Positions 43,010 through 54,265 of a DNA stretch of 64,000 nucleotides are shown piece by piece. The number at the start of each line of letters is the position of its first letter. The first letter of the stretch is position 1. The position numbers were made by a program, and so were the translations under genes. The stretch is taken from NCBI GenBank assembly GCA_020184695.1, contig JAANOX010000254.1, positions 62,001 to 126,000 on the forward strand, given 5' to 3'. The notes below the pieces were generated by a model. That model was not told where the DNA came from. It searched no databases and saw only the letters and a program-made list of their open reading frames with translations. The stretch is from Histomonas meleagridis 2922-C6/04-290x (lineage: Eukaryota; Protista; Parabasalia).

Positions 43010-45778
43010 ATGAAGAACAGAAATCAATTAAATCCTCATAAAAATTCTCAAGAATCAGAGTTTTCATCTCAAGAATATTTAATAGAACAGAAGCGACAAC
43101 TTGAATTTGAAATTACAAAATTATTACAAGAAATTAATCCTTTAAGAAGACAATTTCAAAATGATATTCAGAAACCTTCAGCAATTAATGACGGGAACAT
43201 AATGTATTCACAAAATACTTTAAAGCTACAAGAAACTACCAATAAAATTATTCAATTGCAATCTGTATCAAATAATCTTCAAAAAGAATATATTGAAAAA
43301 CAGAGACTTCTAAGCACACTAGAGCTTAGTAAAATGCGTACAGACAATAACACTCATCGAAAATCCATTTCTGAAATTCAAAACACAATCCAAATGATGT
43401 CTTTTCAAATCACCAAAATCCAAAACAAGATTAAGACACATTATTCCTCTCAATCTAGCCACCAAATAATTAATCAGCGAAAACATATAAATAAACTTAA
43501 ATCTCAATTGAAAAATGAATATCTCAAATATCAAGAACTTCAACAACTTCTTAAAGATTTTCCTGAAACAAACCAAACCAAATATAGTGCTAGTATTTCT
43601 AAGCTTGAAGAAATCCTTCAAACCAAGCAAAAAACATTAGAAAACAAAGAGAAACATCTCGAAAAACTCCAAAAACAACATCAAAAAGAGGAAACACTTT
43701 TATATGAAAGGACAAAACTCTTTCAAAAGTATTATATAATTAAACGTAATGCCACTGATTCCAGTGATGAATCATTTGATGATGAAGATAATAACAATAA
43801 AAAACATGTAATTGCTGTTGGACTTTTTAATCGAAAAATCAAAGAATTAGAAGTTATGAAATTATTTAGTCGATTTGGGAAAATCAACAAAATTATTATA
43901 AATAAGAAAAAGAATACGAAAAAAGATTTATATTTCGCACGTATTATATTCGATAACCATTCAGACGCGGAAAATGCTGTTAATAAAATGAGTAAATTTA
44001 TATTCGAAAATAACACAATCAAAACAAAATTTGCTAAAAATCAAAACTTTGGATTACAAAATAATGAATCTGAAGATAAAAAATCAAATGATGAATTAAA
44101 TCAATCATCAAAACATAAATTACAACCAAATACACCAAGAAAAGAAAAGAATAAAACAAAAAATGAAAATAAATCATTAATAAATAATAAAAATAAAAAT
44201 ATGCGAAAGTCATCTTCAGATTCTTCCGGATATAGAATAAATATAAGTTCATCAAATGAAAATAAAAAGTCTAAATCATCAGATTCTTTTGTTGAAATTA
44301 ATGTTTCTTCTTCAAACGAAGAAAAGAATAATAAATCATCATCTTCATTCGAAGAAGTTAATATTTCAGAATCATCTGATAAAAACGACAGAAATATCAA
44401 AAGATCAAAATCAGATTCATCAAATTCTTTTGTTGAAATTAATGTTTCTTCTTCAAACGAAGAAAAGAATAATAAATCATCAACTTCATTCGAAGAAGTT
44501 AATGTTTCAGAATCATCTGATAAAAATAACAGAAATATCAAAAAATCAAAATCAGATTCTTTTGTTGAAATTAATGTTTCTTCTTCACATGAAGAAAATA
44601 AGGAAAAGAATATTAAATCATCATCATTTGAAGAAGTTAATATATCGAATTCATCCACCAAAGAAAATGAAAAAATCAAAAAATCCAAATCAAATTTGTC
44701 TCATTCATTTGTTGAAATTGATGTTTCCTCATCTTCGAAGAAGAGCGAATTTAAACTTGAGAAATCTTCTTCTTTCTCAAATGTTAGCGTTTCATTTTCG
44801 TCTGATAATGAAACCAAAACACGAAAGTCTTCTTCATCAAGTAAAAATAAAAAAATTAAACCAAAGTCATCTTCTGATATTGATATTTCTGATAAAAATG
44901 CTAAAAATGTTAAAAAAGCTTCTTCAAACATTTCTAAACAAAGTAAATCAAAGTCTTCATCTGAATTTGAAGAAATTTCTTTAGAAAAAAGTATAATATC
45001 ATCGAAAGAAACTAAAAAAAGTAAATCAAAGTCATCTTCTGATATTGGAGATATCTCTGATACAAATGCCAAAAAAGTTTCAGCAAACAAGAGTAATGTA
45101 AATGCATCAGAACTTTCATCTGAATTCGATGATATTTCTGGTTTAGATAAAATATTAAATTCACCAAATAAAACTAAAGAAAATAATTTGAAATTATCTG
45201 ATATAAAAAACACTAAAAAAGTAACTTCAAACATTTCCAAAGAAGCAAAATCAGAGATATCTTCTGATGTAGATAATATTTCCTTAGAAAAAAGTATAAA
45301 ATCAAAGAAACCCAAAGAAACGAAACCAAAGTCATCTTCTGATATTGAAGATATCTCTGATTTAGATCAAATAATAGACACAACAAATAAACCAAAAGAA
45401 ACGAAACCAAAGTCATCTTCTGATATTGGAGATATCTCTGATTTAGATCAAATAATAGACACAACAAATAAACCAAAAGAAACAAAACCAAAGTTATCAT
45501 CCAAGTTCGAAGAAAATTCTGATAAAAATGCCAAAAAAGTTTCGTCATTATCTATAAGTGATATTTCAGTTGACTCAAGTGATCACTTGGATTCTTCAAG
45601 ATCAAATAAAAAGATATCAAACAAAAGTCAATCGGAATCATCTGTTATCATTGATGGTTTATCTTCATCTTCTTCAAATAATTCACATAAAAATAACGAT
45701 GTCAAAAGAAGTACTTCTTCGACTGATGTTGTTGAAGTGTTTTCTAGCGATGGAGATAATGAGCCTAATGATTTTTAG
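43010..45778 (+). CDS. Coiled-coil + RRM protein with Ser/Lys/acidic repeat tail
   Basis: RRM: VIAVGLFNRKIKELEVMKLFSRFGKI...YFARIIFDNHSDAENAVNKM; about 500-aa low-complexity C-terminus. Confidence 0.8.
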   Translation: MKNRNQLNPHKNSQESEFSSQEYLIEQKRQLEFEITKLLQEINPLRRQFQNDIQKPSAINDGNIMYSQNTLKLQETTNKIIQLQSVSNNLQKEYIEKQRLLSTLELSKMRTDNNTHRKSISEIQNTIQMMSFQITKIQNKIKTHYSSQSSHQIINQRKHINKLKSQLKNEYLKYQELQQLLKDFPETNQTKYSASISKLEEILQTKQKTLENKEKHLEKLQKQHQKEETLLYERTKLFQKYYIIKRNATDSSDESFDDEDNNNKKHVIAVGLFNRKIKELEVMKLFSRFGKINKIIINKKKNTKKDLYFARIIFDNHSDAENAVNKMSKFIFENNTIKTKFAKNQNFGLQNNESEDKKSNDELNQSSKHKLQPNTPRKEKNKTKNENKSLINNKNKNMRKSSSDSSGYRINISSSNENKKSKSSDSFVEINVSSSNEEKNNKSSSSFEEVNISESSDKNDRNIKRSKSDSSNSFVEINVSSSNEEKNNKSSTSFEEVNVSESSDKNNRNIKKSKSDSFVEINVSSSHEENKEKNIKSSSFEEVNISNSSTKENEKIKKSKSNLSHSFVEIDVSSSSKKSEFKLEKSSSFSNVSVSFSSDNETKTRKSSSSSKNKKIKPKSSSDIDISDKNAKNVKKASSNISKQSKSKSSSEFEEISLEKSIISSKETKKSKSKSSSDIGDISDTNAKKVSANKSNVNASELSSEFDDISGLDKILNSPNKTKENNLKLSDIKNTKKVTSNISKEAKSEISSDVDNISLEKSIKSKKPKETKPKSSSDIEDISDLDQIIDTTNKPKETKPKSSSDIGDISDLDQIIDTTNKPKETKPKLSSKFEENSDKNAKKVSSLSISDISVDSSDHLDSSRSNKKISNKSQSESSVIIDGLSSSSSNNSHKNNDVKRSTSSTDVVEVFSSDGDNEPNDF
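44270..45500 (+). repeat. Intragenic coding tandem repeats
   Basis: SFVEINVSSS/SFEEVN units with 141- and 132-nt periods (44285, 44426, 44558); KPKSSSDIxDISDLDQIIDTTN units with an 81-nt period (45326, 45407, 45488). Confidence 0.85.
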
Positions 45779-46025
45779 TTACATATGTATTGATAATGGA
45801 AAACAAATAAAAAAAATTTGTGGCATGACAAAATTATTATTTTGCTTGTTGTTTTTGAAAAATAAAAAATATGAAAACCACGAATTTTTTTAATCTTAAA
45901 AAAGCAAAGAATTTTACAAACAAACAAAGTTTAATAAAAGATTACAAACATCTTAAAATAACAACAAAAACTCAAAATTTTTGATTTGACGATCATTTCC
46001 AGGGTGGCCCAATTCAACAGCAAGT

Positions 46026-46856
46026 TTAAGGACAAATTGACTCTTGAGAACAAAACAATCCTCGAATTGCAGGTATGCAACCACATAAAAAATATACACC
46101 ACTTACGCAGAGTAAGAGGATTGCGTGGAAATGAGCTCCAACAAGACCAATGTAGCAAGCAGAACATAGAAACCCTAAAAGCGCAATTACAAATACATTT
46201 AGAAACAAACCCCATCTGTAAGTCCTTTCAACTCTGTCTTCAATTGTTGTTGCCTTGAAAGAATCAAGTTGGAAGGAAATAGCAAGGCAAATACTGTACA
46301 TTCCCATTCCAATTGGAGAAAAGGTAAAAAGCCAAAGTGGCGTAAAAACGATGAAAATTGCTAAATAAACAATCGAAAAGATAACAAATGGAATTCCAAT
46401 GTAGAAAAGACGAACAAAAATAGCGCACGCAGAACCATTTCCACACTTCAGGTTAATAAGTGACATTACTGTTGTGCCAAAAACTCGTTCCCATGCTCGA
46501 TTTGGTAATCCTATTGTGAATTGCATTAACCTGTATATAATTAATGGCAAGTAAAAAATGAAGAAAACTGGATGTGTTATGATCAGCATAAAATCAAGGA
46601 AGGGATTATCGGCAACTCCATAAAAAAGTTCGCTCCATGATCCCATGCATTTTCCATACATAAACACCATTAATACCTCGACAGCGTAAATAATGAATAT
46701 TGAAGTAATTGCGATTGAATTACGTGCTTCAGAAGGAAGAATTTGATTTGTAATAGAGCATCCAATAAAAATAATAAAACACAAGTTTGTAATAAATGGG
46801 AATATACAGAACATGATCCTTACGAGCAGAGGTAGAGGCTGATGCCCATTGAGCAT
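46026..46856 (-). CDS. Multi-pass membrane protein, unknown family
   Basis: 276 aa with about 7 hydrophobic segments. Confidence 0.75.
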   Translation of the reverse strand: MLNGHQPLPLLVRIMFCIFPFITNLCFIIFIGCSITNQILPSEARNSIAITSIFIIYAVEVLMVFMYGKCMGSWSELFYGVADNPFLDFMLIITHPVFFIFYLPLIIYRLMQFTIGLPNRAWERVFGTTVMSLINLKCGNGSACAIFVRLFYIGIPFVIFSIVYLAIFIVFTPLWLFTFSPIGMGMYSICLAISFQLDSFKATTIEDRVERTYRWGLFLNVFVIALLGFLCSACYIGLVGAHFHAILLLCVSGVYFLCGCIPAIRGLFCSQESICP

Positions 46857-47241
46857 TTCCTAATAAATCCGTTTTGAAATTTGCACGTTTATTTTTGAGA
46901 ATGTTTGTTTGATTTCTTTATTTTCACTTTATTTCTTTTTCCTTGATATAAATTTACATTTTAACAAGGCATTTTAATCTGCCTATGTATTACTTTGGTA
47001 TCTAAGTTTGGATGAGATGAGAGATCATATATATATATAACAAATGCTAAATTTAGCATTTAATAATGAAAAAGTATTGAAATTATGAAACATCAAATAT
47101 TTAGATAATAAAATAATTAAGGTGTTTCGTAGTTTACTTATTTTAACTTTGGAAATTTAATTGTTTTATGGACGTTAAAATTAAAAATTTATTTTGTGAG
47201 GAAAAAATGTACGTTAAAAATATATTTTTGTTTTAAAGAAG

Positions 47242-48018
47242 ATGTGTGAAGCACTTGTAGAAACATCAGAGCCAATACAAAAAAATCCTATAGACAGAAG
47301 AAACAGCGAAAGCAGAAATCAGTCATATCGAGTTCCATCGCCATCCAGAACTGGATGGAATTCACCAGTAAGACATTCCTCAGCAAAAAATTCACCTTCA
47401 AGAAACTCACCAAGCCACCGACTAAGAATAGATTCACCAAGTAGAACATCAGAAGAAGAAAGAGCAAGGAGTCTCAACGCACAAATTGCTCAAGTAACAC
47501 AATGTAATGCAGAATTATTACTTAAAATAAAAGCAATCAAGGAAGAAAAAAATGGCATTAAACTCCAACTTATTGAAGAGGATCATCGAAGGAAGAAACT
47601 TATTGAAAAAGAAAAAGTTAAAGCAGATTCATATATACAAAATCACAGAATGGAAAACCAACAGAAAATTGCTGCAATTCACAAAGAAAGGAAAGAAAAG
47701 ATAGCTGATGTCATATCTAATTTAAAGAAGGAAATTGAACCTGTTATCAATTCACAACAAAATATTCGTGACACAATTGGTGATGGAAAAGAATTTATCC
47801 AAAATACAAAAGAAATAGTTCATAAAGAAATCCATAAATTTGCAGAAAAATATGTAAACGAGAGAAACCTTTTGGTTGAAATGGCAACGAAACATCCACG
47901 TAGATTAAAGATATGCTGTGCCGATTCGTTTGAACTTAAAGAAGATTTTCAAAGATATACAATTATACCTGTTAGATTTATGATCGCGTACAATAGAATC
48001 AGAAACATAGTTGAATAA
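47242..48018 (+). CDS. Hypothetical coiled-coil protein with N-terminal SP repeats
   Basis: Repeated (N/D/P)SP(S/V)R sites followed by heptad-rich helix. Confidence 0.75.
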   Translation: MCEALVETSEPIQKNPIDRRNSESRNQSYRVPSPSRTGWNSPVRHSSAKNSPSRNSPSHRLRIDSPSRTSEEERARSLNAQIAQVTQCNAELLLKIKAIKEEKNGIKLQLIEEDHRRKKLIEKEKVKADSYIQNHRMENQQKIAAIHKERKEKIADVISNLKKEIEPVINSQQNIRDTIGDGKEFIQNTKEIVHKEIHKFAEKYVNERNLLVEMATKHPRRLKICCADSFELKEDFQRYTIIPVRFMIAYNRIRNIVE

Positions 48019-48078
48019 GTAATGTAAGGTAAAAAAAATTTAATTAAATTTAATATTTTTTGGAAATGAGAGTTCATA

Positions 48079-49377
48079 TTGTCACTTTTATTTATGAAAC
48101 CGTTTAACAGTTTCCACATGTCCTTTAAAGCAGTTCCACTAATTACAGAAAGATTTATAATTGATGGTGGAAACCAAATGATTTTGGACAAGGAAGAGCG
48201 TGAAAGAGCATTAGGTGATCTTAAATCACTAAAATCAATTCGTGAACAAAATCAACTTGTTCTTGCATTTTTGCATAGTTCACCAACAATTCTTGATCCA
48301 AGTGATGCATTTGATTTTATTTTAAATATGGACATGTATAATGATCCATCTGTTTTTCAAGAAGCAGTCAAATCATTAAATAAATTAGCACCACAAATTG
48401 ACCTTAATGAAATCATAGAAAACTTTCCTCCAAATGAAGATTCAGTAAGGCGAGCGCTTATTATGCGTTGTATACAAATCCCACCACCACCAAAATATCT
48501 TCCATTTATTTTTCGAGCTGCAACATCAAATTATCCAATCAACAGGTGTACATTCCTTGACATGATCAGCGAGATGAAAGACACAGAAATTGAACCTGTT
48601 TATTTAAATGCAATACAAAAGTTACTCGAAGTTATTTACAATGATCAATCTCCCAATGTCATTAACTCATGGCTTAATCCTGCCTTTCGTTATCTCAAGA
48701 ACCAACCACGTTTTCCTAAAATGATAAATGATCTTGCACATCATCAAGATCCTGAAATTCGATGTAGTTTAGCACTTCATTTTCCACAAGCATACTCAGT
48801 CAATCCTGCTTGTTCTATCCTTTTTGACGACAACAATCATCGAGTTGTCGCCGCAGCAGTAAGTTCCATCGGTGATGTCCCACTTGAGGAGGACGTTCTG
48901 AAAGCGGCACTTTTGTGTAATTCTCACATTGTTCGAACGTTTGCTACAAGGAAAGTGAAAAAGCTTCCTGATGAGGTAATTGAGGAATATCTGAAAGACA
49001 AATCAACGGAAGTGAGGATTTCGTTGATTATGTACTTTCAAAGGTGTGAAAATCCGAAAAAATATCTGAGCATTTTGTTTAACGATCCTTCAATAATCAA
49101 AGGAGATTATTGGAGAATAGACTATGAGTTGTTATCTATTAATCCTGATGTGTTGATACAAATGGGTGATGAGGTTTTTAACTTTGTGATTGCGAGATCT
49201 GAAAAGCATCCACCAAAACTAATGAAAAAGGCTTTGTTAGTTCTTGATGCATTCGCAAGAAGTGATGAGAAGTATAACAGAAAAGTTATTGAATTGATGT
49301 CAAGGCTTGAAGATAAGAATACTTATTATAGTTTGAAAGCTTTGAATTTGCTGAAAGAACTAAGAGAAAGGAATTAG
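48079..49377 (+). CDS. HEAT-repeat protein
   Basis: DPEIRCSLA, NHRVVAAAV, DKSTEVRISL-type HEAT signatures; true start uncertain (possibly ATG 48178). Confidence 0.65.
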   Translation: MSLLFMKPFNSFHMSFKAVPLITERFIIDGGNQMILDKEERERALGDLKSLKSIREQNQLVLAFLHSSPTILDPSDAFDFILNMDMYNDPSVFQEAVKSLNKLAPQIDLNEIIENFPPNEDSVRRALIMRCIQIPPPPKYLPFIFRAATSNYPINRCTFLDMISEMKDTEIEPVYLNAIQKLLEVIYNDQSPNVINSWLNPAFRYLKNQPRFPKMINDLAHHQDPEIRCSLALHFPQAYSVNPACSILFDDNNHRVVAAAVSSIGDVPLEEDVLKAALLCNSHIVRTFATRKVKKLPDEVIEEYLKDKSTEVRISLIMYFQRCENPKKYLSILFNDPSIIKGDYWRIDYELLSINPDVLIQMGDEVFNFVIARSEKHPPKLMKKALLVLDAFARSDEKYNRKVIELMSRLEDKNTYYSLKALNLLKELRERN

Positions 49378-49546
49378 ATGATAGAGTATATGAAATAAAT
49401 TTATTTGTATTTATTATATAAGTTTTATGTCTTTACAACTATGATTTTTTTTTAATCCTTAAGGTTCAAACAAATATCATTTAAAAACTTATTTTTGTTT
49501 CATGTTATATCTCTGCTTGTTAAGCATAAACGTATTCTTTATTTAA

Positions 49547-49621
49547 ATCACCGTGGAACAATTGGTATAGTTCGTGAGGCTCATAACCTCAAGGCTGGAA
49601 GTTCGAGTCTTCCCGGTGGTC
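49547..49621 (+). tRNA. tRNA-Met: tRNA-Met (anticodon CAT), possibly initiator
   Basis: Acceptor ATCACCG/CGGTGGT (A1:U72), anticodon arm TGAGG-CTCATAA-CCTCA, GTTCGAGTC T-loop, T6 terminator. Confidence 0.9.
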
Positions 49622-49716
49622 TTTTTTCATTTTCCATTTTTTTTGAACATATAAATCATTTTTGCAACGATAACTCCAATTAATATTTCAGCCCCAAAAA
49701 TAATTCCAAAAACTTT

Positions 49717-52503
49717 TTACTCGTCGTGCATATTTAACTTCGTCATAAGTCCTTCGACTCTTTCCTCTATCTTATTCAAGTCGTTATCCATGAACGATCC
49801 CTGCAGCACCATGTTCAGTGTTTCTTGTGGGTCATCTGTTGCGTCCAACAAAGCGAAGATGTCGTTTTGCATCTTTGCCTGGTTGATTGAGTTCATTGAG
49901 TTTTGTGCGTTGTTCAAGTGCAGCTCCTTACAGATCGGGCAAACGTAAGGCTCGTCGCCCAAACATCCGATGTGGAACGAGTGTCCGCATAAGAAATGTC
50001 GCGAAGGCCGATCGATCTTCACTTTACATATTCGACACATATCAGGCCGTATCATGAAGTAATCATTTTCCATTTGCGATATATCGGAATTTATTTCGTC
50101 GAGTTCTTTGTCGAGTTTCTTTAATGTATCAGTTTTATCATCGATATCTTTTTGTAGTTTAATGATATCATTCATTATATATTTCGAAATGAATCCATAA
50201 TATACTTTGGATGTGGTAACATTTTTCTCTAAGATATGTAATATCGAATATATTGGAATTATGTTCTTTTCAACTATAGTTTTGATTAATGTTTCAATGA
50301 TATTTAAGTTTTGCTCTTTGGACGTAACTGCCTTTAATAAGCATTCTTGATATAGATACGGATCTCTATCCCCAAATCGTTCGCAGATTTTCGGATATTC
50401 GGTGACATCGGAGATTAATATTAACTCGTAAAACAATCCGCGATGTTCATAGATAACCTTTAAGCCTTCAGTGATGTCTTTAAGTCGTCGTTCGACATCA
50501 TTAATATCAATGTTTATGTTTTGCACATTCTTCTTTTGAAGTTTAATGTATTCGTTCTTCATCTTCTCTAATGCTAAATGTTCTTCACGTATAATAATCA
50601 ATGCTTGTTCATCAGAATACTTCGCTTTCGGATGTAATAAAATCGAAGTAAGTTTCGACGTGTTCGCTTTAAGTGAACATGAAATATAATCATTCCAAAT
50701 AGTTCTGCTCATTTTATCTGCGTCAATTTCGACTAAGCGATTAATGAACTCGATGTAATATTGCGGATATACGATGAACACCGGAGAAAATGACGCTGCT
50801 TTGCACATGCGTTGTGGATCATCATTAACGCCACGTGTACATGCGCTAACTAAGAAATTGATGAATCCATTTCGTGCTTCTTCTTCTAGTGTCTCCAATA
50901 TTAATGGACCATGTTCCAGTACAACTTTTTCGATTTTGTTCGGCGGCATATTAACTAAATGATCAACAATTAATTGAACTTTATGCGCCTCTGCTAATAA
51001 CTTAATATACGTTTCATGACTGTTGTTAACTTTCGCTAACTCTAACGCTAAGTCATCAAAGTTCGCATTATCTAATGCTTCAATCGCAGCTTCAACATCA
51101 TACGGAGGCTCAATTCCTTTGCGTTGACATTCGGCTGCTAAATCAATCTTTTCTTGAATAGTTTTCATACGCTTTAACTTAATGTAACAACCAAATAACA
51201 AATTGGTATGTAACTTATGCGATTCTTCATTGGCCGTTTTGTTGCCGTGTTCTTGTAACGCTTCGAGATATTCGATTAAATATGTTGCAAATTGCGGATC
51301 TAAAAATTTCTTAATGACATATGATGGTTCGAGGTAACCAATGGCTTCTATGTATTCATGTATGGCTTCTTGGTAATTACGCTTCTCATAAAAAGAATCA
51401 CCTTTGTTATGATGAATTATTGGGATGACGGTTGGACTAAGATCATCTTGATTCGCTTGGGCCAATTTAAAGGCAACGTCATACTGGTTGTATTTTTGGC
51501 AAAGTTGGAGAACTTTGGTTTCAATATCGGGCTCATTTAATAATGCAATTTTGCCATCATCAAGAATCAAGGTAAGTGAGCCCCATTCGTTCAGGAGATA
51601 GGATACTTTGATTCCAAGATGGCTAACACCAAAAATACAATGGATTTTCGGGTCATATATTTTCAGTGAATTTGTTGGTTTGTCGGTTTGGACAATGGAA
51701 ACAATGTACTGACGGAACCTGAAAAGCTTCATGGGTTTAACATCAAGAACTATGTCCTCGTTAAGTAATCTTCCTTTTGATGAATATATTGATACAACAT
51801 TCTTACGACAAAGATAGAGATTTCCATTCTCCCCAATAAAAGCTGTTTTCTCTCCAGGCTCAGGAGTATAACCAATTGCATCGATTTGACTATATTTGAG
51901 TTTTCCATTATTGATACCAAAACAATTGATGGTTTGAATTGTTGGGACAAATATGAAAGAAATTGGCTTCCTGTTCTTGTCGAGACCAGAGCTAAAGAAT
52001 ATTCCTGTGATTTCAGAATCGAGATCAAATGTTTGTGGCTTAAGTGTAAGTTTTTGAACTTTGTCAGTGTCCTTGTTAGGGAAGGTATAAACAGTAAGCG
52101 TTTTCTTGTTTAAAGTAAATGCGACTTTAGTAAGATCTCCTGAGCATGAGATAAATGGTATTTCAGTTGTACCTTCAGTACTTATAGTAAGTTCATACAT
52201 TGGTGAAAAAAGAAGGGCATTACAAATTGTAAAAACATAGGAATCTTCTGATTTGCTGACAATGAGAATTTTTGAAGAATCTGATGAAACTTGAAGGAAT
52301 AAAATTGGCCCATTTGTTTCAAAATCGGATTGAATAATATCTGGTGGATCAATTGAAGCGAGAACGTGAATATGGCCATCATTGGTACCAAACATTACTT
52401 GACTGAAATCAGAAGAAACACAAGTAATTTCCATTGTCTGAAGCTCAGGTATTTCAGGTACATCTTTTTGTTGAAAGAAGTGATATGTTTTCCATGGTTG
52501 CAT
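49717..52503 (-). CDS. VPS11: HOPS/CORVET subunit Vps11
   Basis: N-terminal W..(Y/F).FF, beta-propeller, clathrin-repeat segment (LEPSYVIKKFLD), C-terminal RING CRIC...HFLCGHSFHIGC...CPIC. Confidence 0.9.
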   Translation of the reverse strand: MQPWKTYHFFQQKDVPEIPELQTMEITCVSSDFSQVMFGTNDGHIHVLASIDPPDIIQSDFETNGPILFLQVSSDSSKILIVSKSEDSYVFTICNALLFSPMYELTISTEGTTEIPFISCSGDLTKVAFTLNKKTLTVYTFPNKDTDKVQKLTLKPQTFDLDSEITGIFFSSGLDKNRKPISFIFVPTIQTINCFGINNGKLKYSQIDAIGYTPEPGEKTAFIGENGNLYLCRKNVVSIYSSKGRLLNEDIVLDVKPMKLFRFRQYIVSIVQTDKPTNSLKIYDPKIHCIFGVSHLGIKVSYLLNEWGSLTLILDDGKIALLNEPDIETKVLQLCQKYNQYDVAFKLAQANQDDLSPTVIPIIHHNKGDSFYEKRNYQEAIHEYIEAIGYLEPSYVIKKFLDPQFATYLIEYLEALQEHGNKTANEESHKLHTNLLFGCYIKLKRMKTIQEKIDLAAECQRKGIEPPYDVEAAIEALDNANFDDLALELAKVNNSHETYIKLLAEAHKVQLIVDHLVNMPPNKIEKVVLEHGPLILETLEEEARNGFINFLVSACTRGVNDDPQRMCKAASFSPVFIVYPQYYIEFINRLVEIDADKMSRTIWNDYISCSLKANTSKLTSILLHPKAKYSDEQALIIIREEHLALEKMKNEYIKLQKKNVQNINIDINDVERRLKDITEGLKVIYEHRGLFYELILISDVTEYPKICERFGDRDPYLYQECLLKAVTSKEQNLNIIETLIKTIVEKNIIPIYSILHILEKNVTTSKVYYGFISKYIMNDIIKLQKDIDDKTDTLKKLDKELDEINSDISQMENDYFMIRPDMCRICKVKIDRPSRHFLCGHSFHIGCLGDEPYVCPICKELHLNNAQNSMNSINQAKMQNDIFALLDATDDPQETLNMVLQGSFMDNDLNKIEERVEGLMTKLNMHDE

Positions 52504-52884
52504 TTTTAGATGACGGTTGGAAAAAATGCTGTTTCAGGGTGCCCCGAAGACTTGATTTGAAGATTTTGATTCAGCTCAACCAAGCTTATTTCCGCGGAAT
52601 GAGACGATTAACAAAGCTGTTTTAAAACAACATTTTTGCACTAATAATTTTATTTGTTATAAAGAAAAAAATGATTAATTACATTGTTTGCAAGATAGGT
52701 ATCATAGCAAACAAAATAAACAAGTTAAATTAATGTTATTGTTTTATAGCAGAGAATAAAACATCTAAATAAACATATTGTGTATTTAAGTGTTTTGAAA
52801 AATTATTAAAAATAAGCTTGCAAAATGAAGTTTAATCTTTAAAACCAACGTTCACCCACGGTGGGTGGATTAAGAAACATGGTT

Positions 52885-53154
52885 TCATGGAGCAAGAAAG
52901 ATATGGAAAAACTTTTCGTATGGAACAGGATTGTTATAATCAAAATCATACATTTCACTATCATCATCAGCAAGTCCTGATATAGAAATTGGTTTCACAA
53001 GAAATCCTTTTTCACTCACCTCGATTACACGGCAATCTAAAATCATACCATCATTTAGATTCATAAGAACATGCTTGCCTTCATAGCGTTTTCCTGCTTT
53101 CGCTTTTTCAGCATTGGTTTTTTCATTGCATGGCCAATCAAGTCTTTCTTCCAT
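52885..53154 (-). CDS. Small hypothetical protein
   Basis: 89-aa ORF with ATG, plausible composition, AAAGTGAC motif upstream. Confidence 0.6.
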   Translation of the reverse strand: MEERLDWPCNEKTNAEKAKAGKRYEGKHVLMNLNDGMILDCRVIEVSEKGFLVKPISISGLADDDSEMYDFDYNNPVPYEKFFHIFLAP

Positions 53155-54265
53155 CTTATTGTTTGTGAGATGACATTAATTTTTAGGGAAAAAATGCCAA
53201 ATTTACCTTTTAGTCACTTTTTTGTTGTATTATTTCAAATTGTTTTTTGAAGGGTTTACTCGAATCGTAAAATTTTGTACGCTCATTTTTCTGAGGTTTA
53301 CTTGGAAAGATAGAAGATATTTTGGAAAAAATTCAAAATTTCTCGTTACATAATTTATTTCCAAGAACATAAAAATAATTTCCGGAAAAATATAGATATA
53401 TTACTTTTCGAATATGATTATATATTGAGAATAACTGTTGTATAGGTAAAATAATGCTGGATCATTATTTATATAATATATAATTTTTTACCCAAAATTG
53501 CAGAAGGTGTTTTTGAATAAATGCTCAATAGATTTTTCTCATTTCAAAAGAATTTAGAAGGGCATTACATAAACTGGTGGAAAAAAATCGGCAGTATCGG
53601 TTCCACTTTTTGAACGTGATTCTATTGAAGCCGATCGAAAAGTGCTGCTAATTTTTTACAACCAGTTTATTCTAACTTTCATAAAAGTTTTATTGATTTT
53701 CATTTCACAATCAGTTGTAAAAATTTGTTTGATTAATGTTCGAAGCAAAAATAATTATAAATCCAAATGATGCACTTCATCTCAATGAATAATAGAGTTT
53801 ATAGGACATTACATATATGATTTTATTCTCCTTTGTTTGAATATTTCTGGAATGCAAGCAAATTTTAAGATTTTTTTCATGGGGTTCGAAATTTCACTTT
53901 TTTTATCCATATATATTTTTGAGCAATCATTTTATGTATATTTAACGGTTTCTTTATTAAACATGCTTTTTTCTCAAATCAATCATAATAACTGGGGTTA
54001 CATGTGACTTTTTATAGTTAAAAGATTTGATTTTGATGACCCTCGTTTGAATGAACAATGTAATTGTTGTTTAATTCTTTCTTTCAGAATGGACATTCAA
54101 AAATATAAATAACCTGAAAGAAATTATATTTTGACAGTAACCATTCAAATTATTGGCATTTTCATTCAAATTCTCTATGGTTTTTTACAATTGTAGAGTC
54201 ATCTGAATTTAAATTCAGATGTTTGACCAAAAGCAATAATCATCTCCATGGGGTAATAATAAATT

